A model generated the notes under the pieces. The model had not been told where the DNA came from. It worked only from the letters and a program-made list of their open reading frames with translations, and did not search any database. The translations under genes were made by a program, and so were the position numbers. A DNA stretch of 64,000 nucleotides from the NCBI GenBank assembly GCA_951406725.2, contig OX597815.1:118296001-118360000 (forward strand), in the 5' to 3' direction. This document shows, in pieces, positions 27,119-37,320 of the stretch; within the stretch, counting starts at the first letter, position 1, and each line of letters opens with the position of its first letter. This DNA is from Octopus vulgaris. Its lineage: Eukaryota.

Positions 27119-27362
27119 TTCGTTTTTGGATTTGTTTTGCAAGATTCCTTATATGAGTTCGTGTGTTGAAGCATATTCTGTTGTGTCTGGGGGGAGTCAT
27201 TTTCTATTTGTGCCTTGAAAAGACTATTGAAAAGGTTGCAAGACGCAACGAAAATTTTAGGAAAATAAAAAAAAAAGAAATAAGTGGAAATTTTACCGGT
27301 GAGTGTGTTAAATTATAAGGTACAAAAAGAAAATGACTCTTCCCAGACATAACAGTATATAT
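27119..27362. mobile_element. (TA)n-flanked repeat with internal inversion; second copy at 47555-47697
   Basis: 27172-27216 is the reverse complement of ~27317-27360, and 27221-27360 recurs at 47560-47697. Confidence 0.75.
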
Positions 27363-27366
27363 ATAT

Positions 27367-27785
27367 TGGGGCTAAAAACTACAGTAGCATCCACCCTTAG
27401 GGGTTAGCCATATTGAAATGGCAAAAAATACGTCACGATGTGTTACCGCTACTGTATATAACTCACTTTGATATTTATCATTGTTTGATTTCACTTTTTC
27501 AATATCAGCGACAGTGGACGCTGGAAAAAGTATAAGTATTTGTGAAGGAAATCTAATTCTCGGCGACAACTATGATTGTCACACGCTGACGAGAGGTCAA
27601 TACCTCGAAACTCGAGTCCGTGTGTATCATAAGTTGAAGACGGGAAGGATGACTTCCCTTTGCAAATACTGACAGGACACAGATAGTGTGTCTATGGCCA
27701 GCTGGAGGAGTGTGTCCTCCTGGGGCTAAAAACTACAGTAGCATCCACCCTTAGGGGTTAGCCATATTGAAATGGCAAAATTACG

Positions 27786-27789
<4 letters not shown>
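27367..27789 (+). mobile_element. Retrozyme-like element: 354-nt unit with ~70-nt terminal direct repeat and an intact hammerhead
   Basis: 27367-27436 repeats at 27721-27789 with the first 60 nt identical. The element is flanked by TA tracts and has no meaningful ORF. Confidence 0.85.
27571..27631 (+). ncRNA. Type I hammerhead ribozyme
   Basis: CACACG CTGACGA GAGG tcaata CCTC GAA ACTCGAGT C CGTGTG. Full catalytic core, 6-bp stem I extended by TATGAT/ATCATA, 4-bp stem II, palindromic stem III, predicted GUC cleavage after 27618. Confidence 0.9.
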
Positions 27790-27878
<89 letters not shown>

Positions 27879-28519
27879 TTATTTATATGTACATATTTAC
27901 ATGTTTTCTGGAGAACGTCTTGGTTGGGTCGAATTAGAACAACAGGGTCTCCACCATATCACTTCTCGTTCACCACCGTTCGCATAGGTGCACCGAAATG
28001 TATCCATCAAACCATCAACATCTTCTGTGTCGGATGAAAAAGGAAACGACTCAATCCTTCAGCATATAATAATATTGTGCTATTATTTTTACTAAAAGTC
28101 TGTCATTTTCCCCGCCTTTTTGCGTGGCTTGTGACAATAAAATAGTATTCTCGTTTTAGTCACATTCGTCTATTAAAAGCCCTTTTTCCATTTTTTTTTT
28201 TTTTTTTGTAGGAGGCATTTTAACAGACGAATGTTTTGTTATTGTCGCAGACACCTATTTTACATATCACCGAAGAGAAAAGCTGAAAATGTAAAAATGA
28301 ATATATAAGAATATATAAACCAGTATTTTTCTTTTGTTAAGAAACAAACTTCACTAGTTAACATTATCCCATGATAGCAGAATAAAAAAAAAAAATTGAT
28401 ATAAAAAATATCATTGTTCGTTCATATCTTTCAAATTCAAAAGCTTTCTGAGCTCAACAAAAGTATGTCTCACTACTCTGGTGACAGCAACTACAACAGC
28501 GATGACAACAATAATAACA

Positions 28520-28930
28520 ATAATTTCTAATTTAGGTACAAAACCAGCAATCTTTCCCTCACTGGTTAAGTCAACCTCATCGACTCCAGTGCTTGACTTA
28601 TACTTTATTTTATTGACCACAAATGGTTGAAAGTAAAGTAGACCTCGGTGAGATTTGAACATAGAAGGTAAAGAGAGGGAAAAAATATTGCTAACGATTC
28701 TGCTAGCGACCGCCTTAATAATCCTTTCTATTAAAGGCACAAGGCTTGAAATTTGGTGGAATGGTGCTAGTCGATTCATCCAAACCAATGCTTATCTGGT
28801 ACTTCTTTCATCCACCCCGAAAGGATGAGGAGTAAAGTTGTACTCGGTGGAATTTGAACTTAGAACAAGGGCGAGACGAAATGCTAAGTATTTTGTCTAG
28901 CGTGCTAACGATTCTGGCAGCTCACCACAT
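28520..28930 (-). mobile_element. Two tandem Meta-like SINE copies
   Basis: Repeated GCTAACGATTCTG heads and GAAAGGATGA-type cores. Confidence 0.75.
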
Positions 28931-28940
28931 TCCACTGCAC

Positions 28941-29157
<217 letters not shown>

Positions 29158-29330
29158 TTTTACTATAGACACAAGGCCTGGATTTATGTGGGGAGGGGGA
29201 AATCGATCCTAGTACTTGACTGGTACTTAATTTATCGACCCCGAAAAGATGAAAGGCAAAGTCAACCTCGGCGGAATTTGAACTCGAAACGTAGCGACGA
29301 ACGAACTGTTGGTAAACAGTTTGCCCGGCA
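29158..29330 (-). mobile_element. Meta-like SINE, tail running into the (TTA)n tract
   Basis: TTATCGACCCCGAAAAGATGAAAGGCAAAGTCAACCTCGGCGGAATTTGAACTC. Confidence 0.85.
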
Positions 29331-29337
29331 ATAATAA

Positions 29338-30107
29338 TCTATATAATAATTTGCTTGCTCGTTCGCCCGTTATACATTAGTTAGTTAGATAGGTGGAGTA
29401 AGAGAGAGAGAAAGAGAGAGGGGGGAGGGATAAGAGAAGAAAGAAGTAGAGAAAGGGGATTTATATTAATACAATTCGGCCAAGTGGTCACGTGGTCAGC
29501 TAAAGGTAGAGGCGAAGAACTAGAGAAAAAGAGGGAAAGAAGAATGTTAACGACGTGCGGTGGGGTGGGCAAGGAATACTTATTACGTAGTTAAAGATTT
29601 AGTTGAAGGGGAAGGTAGACAGAGAAAGAGATGTACAGGGGGGGAGTTATATTAAGAGAGAGGGGGAGGCAGATAGTGGTGATGGTAGTGGTGTGTTGAT
29701 AGTGAAAAGTATTTTTTTTTATTGAACTAATTTCTTTTAAGCGACCATTGCTTAAAGCATGCTCATAAGTGCAACTATTTATCGCCAGTTCGCTTAAAAA
29801 ATTCATATTTGCTTATACGGGCTAATTTATCTAAAACTCTGGATTTACAAGAAACATGGTCGCAAGCTGCCCGAGAAGGGATGCGCAGATACAGAGCACG
29901 GTTCAGAGAGGAACAGCAAGAAAATATAATTAAAAGAGGGAAAAGACAACACTCACAGAGACGTGAGGAAATGAATGTAGACGAACGTCAAGAATATTTA
30001 AAGAAGGCTAAACTATTACTGCTATAAAAATGCAAATCATCCTTTCTTCCTTAAAGAAGTCCTCTTAATTTTTTTCCATTCTGTGTAATTTCCACGAGTC
30101 TCACTAG
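29338..30107 (+). mobile_element. Non-autonomous Helitron in (TAA)n carrying a charged-repeat peptide remnant
   Basis: Begins A|TCTATATAATAA and ends with a degenerate hairpin TGTGTAATTTCCACG then CTAG|T. Internal ORF 29809..30027 contains AREGMRRYRAR..EEQ. Confidence 0.6.
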
Positions 30108-30136
30108 TAATAATAATAATAATAATAATAATAATG

Positions 30137-30185
<49 letters not shown>

Positions 30186-30194
30186 TAATAATAA

Positions 30195-30368
30195 TGGTTT
30201 CAGATTTAGGCACAAGGCCAGTAGTTTCGAGGAGTGGGTAAGTCTATTACATCGACTACGGTGCTCAACAGGTACTTATTTTATTAACCCCGAAGGATGA
30301 TGAATGGCAAAGTCGACCTCTGCGGAATTTGAACGTAGAGCGTGAAAACGGACGAAATGCTGCTAAGG
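30195..30368 (-). mobile_element. Meta-like SINE with (TTA)n tail
   Basis: Core match; the tail is the reverse complement of TAATGGTTTCAGATTTAGGCACAAGGCC. Confidence 0.8.
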
Positions 30369-30461
30369 TATAAATAAACCGGGAAACCGTTACTAAATAT
30401 ATATTAAAGCAATTTATTAATTATTTTTTTTAATGCGCCCTTTTCAAGCCTAGCCAGGCTC

Positions 30462-31700
30462 ATGGGCCCGGTTTCCCGGTTTCTGTGGCGTATACCAGAC
30501 TTGTTCGGGCACCCACTGGCTAGCGTGTACGCGAACTGGCAACAGAATGGGTTTATCCCCAGATTTGTGCGCCGGGAAGAGGTGACGTTGATCAGAAAGG
30601 ACCCGGACAAGGGGGACGTTTTAGATAATTTCAGGCCCATCACTCTGTTAAACGCAGAAGTGAAGATTTTGGCCAAGGTTTTAGCAAAAATGTTGGTGCG
30701 TGTCGCGAATGGTATAGTCGGAGAGGCACAGACATGTGTAATCCCAAGCAGAACCATTCAGGATAATCTCCATCTTACTCGCTATACCATAGAATGGGTT
30801 GGTGATAACTCTGGCACAGGTGGGGCATTGGTGCATTTAGATCAATCTAAAGCTTTTGATAGGGTCGACCATCGATACCTGGCGACTGTGCTTGCGCGGT
30901 TTGGCCTGGGCCTTGACTTCCTCAGGTGGTTCATCGCTCTGTATCACAACATTGACTCTATAGTTCGGGTGAACGGTTTCCTTTCGAAACCGTTCTGCAT
31001 CAGACGCTCGGTTCGTCAAGGATGTCCGCTCTCACCACTTTTGTATGTGGTGGCTTTTGAGCTCCTACTGCGAAAGTTGAGTGACATCCCGAGAGAACCA
31101 GGACTAGAGGAGTTTGTTTCAGCTTACGCGGACGATATCGCTATCAGCGTTACCACAGTAGCACGCCTACGTGAAGTGGGTAAGGCTTTTGAGGTTTACG
31201 AGACGGTGGCAGGAGCAAAGATCAACTGGGAAAAGTCGGTTGGCTTGCAGCTCGGCACCTGGGTTGGCAAGTCGATGCCTTCAGACAGCGTTGTTGGGCG
31301 CTGGACGGAGGGACCGGTTAAATTGCTGGGAGTCTGGTTTGGACCAGGCCTCCAGATAGAGAAGAACTGGACGGAGGTTTCGAGCGGGATGGCTGCAATA
31401 GTCAAGACCTGGTCTTGGCGGTGGTTATCCCTGAAAAGGAGGGCAGAGGCGGCCAATGTGTTTATCGCATCGGTCATTACCTACCGCCTGACCGTCATGC
31501 CCTGTCCGGATTCGTGGGTGATCAGGTTGGAGAGGCAGCTCTTTCGCTTTTTGTGGAAGGGCAAGTCGCCACTTGTGAAACACTCTATCTGTTGTCAGAA
31601 GCCGTTAAAGGGAGGTTCAGGGGTGCCTTGGTTAATAATGCGTAGGCATGCGTTGAGGTTGAGGCATCTCTGGATTCTCCTGGATGGTGAACGGATGTGA
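30462..31700 (+). CDS. Tx1-like reverse transcriptase ORF2 fragment (first ~10 codons derive from an adjacent SINE tail)
   Basis: NFRPITLLN, LDQSKAFDRVDH, SVRQGCPLSPLLY, AYADDI, KLLGVWF, F.W.GK. Confidence 0.8.
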   Translation: MGPVSRFLWRIPDLFGHPLASVYANWQQNGFIPRFVRREEVTLIRKDPDKGDVLDNFRPITLLNAEVKILAKVLAKMLVRVANGIVGEAQTCVIPSRTIQDNLHLTRYTIEWVGDNSGTGGALVHLDQSKAFDRVDHRYLATVLARFGLGLDFLRWFIALYHNIDSIVRVNGFLSKPFCIRRSVRQGCPLSPLLYVVAFELLLRKLSDIPREPGLEEFVSAYADDIAISVTTVARLREVGKAFEVYETVAGAKINWEKSVGLQLGTWVGKSMPSDSVVGRWTEGPVKLLGVWFGPGLQIEKNWTEVSSGMAAIVKTWSWRWLSLKRRAEAANVFIASVITYRLTVMPCPDSWVIRLERQLFRFLWKGKSPLVKHSICCQKPLKGGSGVPWLIMRRHALRLRHLWILLDGERM

Positions 31701-32716
31701 TTTCCGCTGGCCAGACAAATGTTCTCTGAGTTCAAAAGGTTTTGCGAACAGGAAGCCTGGTGTTCTTGTAGACCGAGGTCGAGTAAGTGGCATATGGAGT
31801 GTCGAAAGGCCCTCCTGATATTCCGTCGCTCGGGCAACGCCAGCGGTGGGGGTTCTACACGTTTTTTATATAGTGGGTTGGTAGAGTTTGAATGTGACGA
31901 TGGCTTGGGGACGACTCTAGGTCTCTGGTATATTCAACTCGACAGCCTGTTCCACCGTACATTCGGGTTGAGAACGTTGGACAATTTCTATAAGTCCTTG
32001 ACCTGGCAATGTTACAGGAGCGTCTTATCCGTTTGGGATAAACTCGCAAGACATGGAAAGTCTCACTCTCCGACCTGCCCAAGATGCGGGGGAGATAGGG
32101 AAACCGTCCCTCACGTCCCGTCCAGTGCCCGGAGATATCTGAAAGGTGGGTTTATACTGAACACTTGTTGTCCGGCGAAGGAAGAGTACAGCTGCCGACT
32201 GGGTCATTATAAAAACTGACCCACCGGAATTTTTAACAAATGAAGGTAAGAATTGTTTTCTCACTGCTGTTGCAATAGCGAAGGAAGCAGTATGGAAGAC
32301 TAGGATAAAAGGAATTAAGACGAGTAACTTTATCTCCGGCCACGAGTTAAGATCGTTTTTCACTTTTCACTTGAAAAGGAAGGTGTGGCTGGAGAAGAGA
32401 TGCCTGTCGGAGAATGTGTTCTAAAAAAGATGGAAGCATGTTGCACGAGTGCTGTGCGTGCAAGGAACCATGTGAATAATACGAGAAAAAAAAAGAACAA
32501 AAATAAAGGTACCAGCGATAGATCGGTAGTAAGTGGGGTCGGACCGTGGCCTGATCATCGCTTCATTTGTATTGTCTTTGTACTGTTCATTTCAGTCGAT
32601 TTTTTTACATTGTATTTAAATTTTTAAAGTCACATTATATGTAAAATCATATCGAATTACTGATCCCATCAGTTCTGTCCATTTCTATGTTTGGCCCGGT
32701 GGGCAATAAAAAGATT
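30493..32716 (+). mobile_element. 5'-truncated Tx1-clade (L1 group) LINE
   Basis: RT motifs followed by a frameshifted C-terminal CPRC..ETVPH zinc-binding region. The 3' UTR ends GTGGGCAATAAAAAGATT. Confidence 0.9.
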
Positions 32717-32882
32717 GGTATTTCGTCTGCCGTTACGTACTGAGTTCAAATTCCACCGAGGTCGACTTTGCCTTTCATCCTTTCATCCAGTTACGCACTG
32801 GGGTCGATGTAACCGACTTATTCCCTTTGTCTGTCCTTGTTTGTCCCCTTTATGTTTAGCCCTCTGTGGGCAACAAAGAAAT
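32717..32882 (+). mobile_element. Headless Meta-like SINE ending in a Tx1-like tail
   Basis: Starts at GGTATTTCGTCTGCC directly after the Tx1 end and ends CTGTGGGCAACAAAGAAAT. Confidence 0.8.
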
Positions 32883-32899
32883 AAATATAAGAACTTCTG

Positions 32900-33078
32900 C
32901 GACGGCGAACTGGCAGAATCGTTAGCACACCGCACAAAATGCTTCGCGACATTTCGTCCATATCTTTACATCTTTTGGGGTCGATAAAATGAGGTACCAG
33001 TTGAGCACTGGGGTCGATGTAAACGACTCCTCTCCTCTCCCGAGTTTGCTGTCCTTGTACCAAAATTTGTAACTAATA
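32900..33078 (+). mobile_element. Meta-like SINE
   Basis: GGCGAACTGGCAGAATCGTTAGCAC...GGGGTCGATAAAATGAGGTACCAG. Confidence 0.8.
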
Positions 33079-34049
33079 TAAAACCCTTTAACATTATGCA
33101 ATAATGTTATGAAAATATATGCTTCAAAATACAAGTAAATTTATAAAACGCAAGTTATTATTATCTTTTCCTTATTAACCACTGAGGGTTCATATAAAAG
33201 ACAGTGGATAGTAAACCACTAAATATATTGTCTGCAAGAACGAAAAGTAGAAAGTGAATGTTAAAGCTGATTAGCACTAAACGAGATAGTGCTAAGTGGG
33301 GTATTTGTTTCTTATCAATGGTTGAAGAGTTTTCGATAAGTTAACTGTTTAATATTTACAGCTGTAAGAATTATAAAATTCATATAGCAACATGTTAACA
33401 TTGCGAGACACTGAAGTATAATTATCTTAGATAAAAAGTAGGTTAACATTTCACAAATAAGCACAAGCATACTTGCATAGAGCAATGTATCAATTTCAAC
33501 ATATATAACGCTCCAAATCTATAAAGATAACATTTATTTCTAAATTATATAAAACATGCCCTAATTAAAGTATTGTATGTCACTGAATTTGAAATTGTTT
33601 CAAGAATATTCTGCAACACGAATTTATCACATAGAAAGCATAATAGAAACATCCAGTCAACGAATAATACGGTATCTAATTATCTCTCAACTAAATATCA
33701 GCAATGAATTGTCCTTAAATTATGTAACAAAACGAGTAGTTAAATCTATAACTATTTTGTTCCTGTTTCAAACTATATTTACCCACTTTCCAATTTTACT
33801 TGCACTCATTCAGTTAATATAACAATATAAATAATGAGGTATTTACACATGTTTTGTTATCACATAACTTTTATCGACCCCAACAATCTTACAGCTTTTC
33901 GACCCTACATCTTTCATCAAACCCAGCAAAATTGTCTGCTGTAAATGGGATTAAGACCAAAAACAGGTTGAAAAGTCAAACAAGGCTTGTGCGACACGCT
34001 TTCTCTGAAAATTATCCTGCAGTAAAATGGATAGAATAAACACAAAGGT

Positions 34050-34507
34050 CACAACCAGAAATGTTGGTTCAGACTGTGACCTTTGGGTCATGATCATTTT
34101 TACAGCTCAGAAGCATTCATAGATAGCGGAGTTTGGTTTCATAAAAATTCAAATGGTGGCATAACCTGTACAACATTTAAATACCTGGTGAAGCTACAAA
34201 TAAAAGACATCCAAGTAGCCGGTAGCTAAATAAATTCCTCAGGTTCTTCAAAGTTTGATTCTCTCCGGCTTATATTTATTACCAAGGAAACAAGAACAGA
34301 CCCGATTTGAAAAAGTACGCCATCATACACTTTTATCTGCTGAGAAGAAAAAATACGTTTCTGGAGCCATGGCCAGTACTACTACTAATGCTGCTGCTGT
34401 TACTGCTGATGCTGTTTTTGCTGCTGTTACTGCTGCTACTGTTGTTGCTTTTGCTGCTGCTAGTACGACTACCGCTAATACTACTACAACTGCCGCTGCT
34501 GCTGCTG

Positions 34508-34554
<47 letters not shown>

Positions 34555-34579
34555 GCTGCTGCTGCTATTACTACTGCTG

Positions 34580-34621
<42 letters not shown>

Positions 34622-35560
34622 TTGCTGCTGCTGCTGCTGCGACTACTAGTATTTCCTGGACGTGACGCTTCAAGTAACTCGTTTTCTTTCAGAAATCCCA
34701 CGGCCAATGAGGAAAATATCAAAAACATCTTTCTGCGATTTGGAAATCAGTCAAGGTTTTGATGACAATAAAAATATTTAACACTGGCATGTGTCATACT
34801 TTTGCCCATCAGTGAAAAGATATTGCAAAGAACATAGCTTTGAATCTAAAGCACTTCTAGTGATTGATGACACTCCAGGTCATTCCTAGAATCTCTGCAT
34901 TCTTTCAGGCTTGCATTTCTCTCAAAGTAGTTTACTAATCACCAAATATCACTGCCTTATTGTAACCCATTCCGCAGAGTGTAATCTCTAACATTAAGTC
35001 TTACTACTTTTGATGTACTTTCTAACAATGTATGGAGAAAACAGCTAGCCAAAATAAACAAATTCATGAGGGACTTTTGGGAAAACTACCATATCAGGGA
35101 TGCCATATATTATATCAAAACAGATTGGTAAAAGAAACTGAGAATTTCATGAAAAGAGTTTGGAAGAGTTATGGCCAGAAGTATGCAATAATTTTCCGGA
35201 ATTTTACGAAAACATACTACCAACATTAACGACATCTTTGGGCCTGCCACCGAAAGGAGAAAGCACAATATCAATGTCCCACATTCGGGGAAGTTATTAG
35301 ATTCTCATATTAAGAGTTTAATTATTAAACAGCTGCAAAGATTAGTTGGCAGCACTACTAAAAGTAGTTTGAATCTATGACTATAAATGAGTAACAATAG
35401 GGATGATTCTTCCTACTGAATACTACATTGTCATCACCACCAAAATTACGGAAATCCCGAACCAGTTCAATGAGAATGACTCTGACTGGGAACGGAGCAA
35501 TGGGAGATGTTCTAGACGTGATGTCTTACAACTGTGGACTCCTTTTAAAAGACTGATTAG
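34050..35560 (+). mobile_element. Decayed Tigger/pogo (CENP-B-like DDE_1) transposase remnant interrupted by a microsatellite
   Basis: Remnant peptides CPSVKRYCKEHSFESKALLVIDDTPGH (~34803-34885) and SPNITALL*PIPQSVISNIKSYY resemble the LLILDNAPGH and LPPNTTSLLQPMDQG motifs. Confidence 0.7.
34375..34650. repeat. (ACT)n/(GCT)n compound microsatellite
   Basis: Read directly from the sequence. Confidence 0.95.
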
Positions 35561-35634
35561 TCAAAGAAGACTTATATCATGGATCCTCATTCGAAGAGTA
35601 ACAGACTTAATAAATTTTGAATTTGGAAATGTTA

Positions 35635-36058
35635 GTTATGGCTGTGGGTTAAAGAAATTTGCTTCGCAACTCCATGGTTTTAGCTGCGATCCTTCTGCGC
35701 AGTACCTTGGGCAAGTGCTTTCTACCATTACTCTTTTACTTGTTTAAATCATTTGACTATGGCCATGCTGGAGCACCGACCCCAGGACTTATTCTTTGTA
35801 AGCCTAGTACTTATTCTATCGGTCTCTTTTGCCGAACCGCTAAGTGACGGGGACGTAAACACACCAGCATCGGATGTCAAGCGATGTTGGGGGGGGGGGG
35901 ACAAACACAGACACACAAACACACACACAAATATATAGGTGTTTCGCTCATATTAGGTGTTTCGCTCATAAACACACGCATCGCCCGGTCTGAGATTCGA
36001 ACCCACGATCTCTCGACCGCGAGTCCGCTGCTCTAACCACTAGGTCATGTGTCTCCAC
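35635..36058. mobile_element. SINE cluster (head on +, tail on -, and a tRNA-derived head on -)
   Basis: Matches the families at 18238 and 4170. Confidence 0.75.
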
Positions 36059-36069
36059 GCTCTCACAAT

Positions 36070-36900
36070 TTAGTACACAGAAACTATAAGGAAACCCATT
36101 GGAAGTATCATTTCTGTTCTTGGGTGGTAAACAACTTCATTTAATGTATAATGGATGTGGGAAAGAATCAAAGTTAAGCCGGGGAGTGCAGAGTGAGGAG
36201 CTGTGGACGAGGAAACTAGGAATGAGTGGGAGAGAAAATAAGCCAGAAGTGGCAGAGTCAAACTGTAAATTAAAGAAGAGGCGAAGAAAGATGAGTTGTA
36301 ATGGCGGGGTAGCAGAGTGGTACACGAAAACAAAGTGGGTTGGGTTCCGGAGGCGGGGTGTAAGGGCTGAGGTGCGATCAATCGCACGGGTACGAGGAGG
36401 AGCAGCTCGTATAACGAAGATGAAAATAGACAGGCGGTGTGTTGAACCTGGTTCTCAAAGCCATGGTTGTAACTGCAAAGACGGTGGAGACAAAGGGAAT
36501 AGGAATAGAGGATGGCGTCCTCGGTGTAGATGGCGTAGGAGGAGGAAAAGTCAAGGTAGGAGTAGGATTTGATTAGCTGATAGAAAATAGAAGGGGTGAG
36601 GGTGGACGTAGGACGGTCGATAGCAACAACAATGTCGAGGAAATTAAGGTATCGGAAATGGAGGTTATGAAGTGGAGAGAGAGGTGAAAGGAGCTGACGT
36701 TAGGATCAGCCAGCAAATTAATTGGTGAAATTAGAGCCCATTCACTCTAGTGTCTGTTTGTAGACCTTGCCTGCAAGGGCGAAACAATTGAGATTACGAA
36801 CAAGTTCTGTTAGACGGAGGATGGTGAAGGTGCTGACATAAAATGATACGGAGGTCAAAAAAGGCACAAAGACCCTATCGAAAGAGATGATGACCTGAGT
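36070..36900 (-). mobile_element. Degenerate Penelope-like element (RT and linker region)
   Basis: Minus-strand remnants GKVYKQT..MGSN, SFHLSLHF.TSISD..NFLDI and YHSATPPLQ...LQFDSATS.LF..P...LVHS. Confidence 0.7.
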
Positions 36901-37320
36901 TTATGTTTATTTAAATTGCTAAAATATTTTATTTTACGCATTGAAAACTAAAACTTCAGTTTATTCATCTAAATTATCTATTTGATACACATTATAGTAT
37001 AGACGTAGACGTTACCATAGTCGTTTAGTATATAGGAATAAACTGGCTTTCAATGTTACTCATTGTATTCAATAATGATATTCATTCGTAATTATTCAGT
37101 CACTAAATAGACTACATAGATCCAATCGCATTTAATTATTATGCGATGTTGTTATTATGCGCTTAATTATTATGCGATGACTTAGAGACCAACACACTCG
37201 TTCAACACGCTCTCTGCGATATTTAAAATTACAAATTCGAGCATATACATACATACATACATACATACATACATACATACATACATACATACATACATAC
37301 ATACATACATACATACATAC

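Noticed and set aside
27367-27789. Direct repeats read as a CRISPR array or LTR retrotransposon
   Set aside because: There are only two ~70-nt repeats, no cas genes, no TG...CA ends and no evident PBS or PPT. The hammerhead and terminal redundancy explain it better.
27905-28050. Possible Tc1-like transposase remnant on the minus strand
   Set aside because: There is only a faint motif resemblance and no TIRs, which is too weak to call.
29158-30220. (TTA)n-tailed SINEs as partners of the Dong element
   Set aside because: The SINE tails read (TTA)n while the Dong sense flanks read (TAA)n, and no shared 3' sequence was seen.
34255-34762. Ala/Thr-rich mucin- or antifreeze-like ORFs
   Set aside because: This is a trinucleotide microsatellite embedded in a decayed Tigger remnant, and it is open in several frames on both strands.
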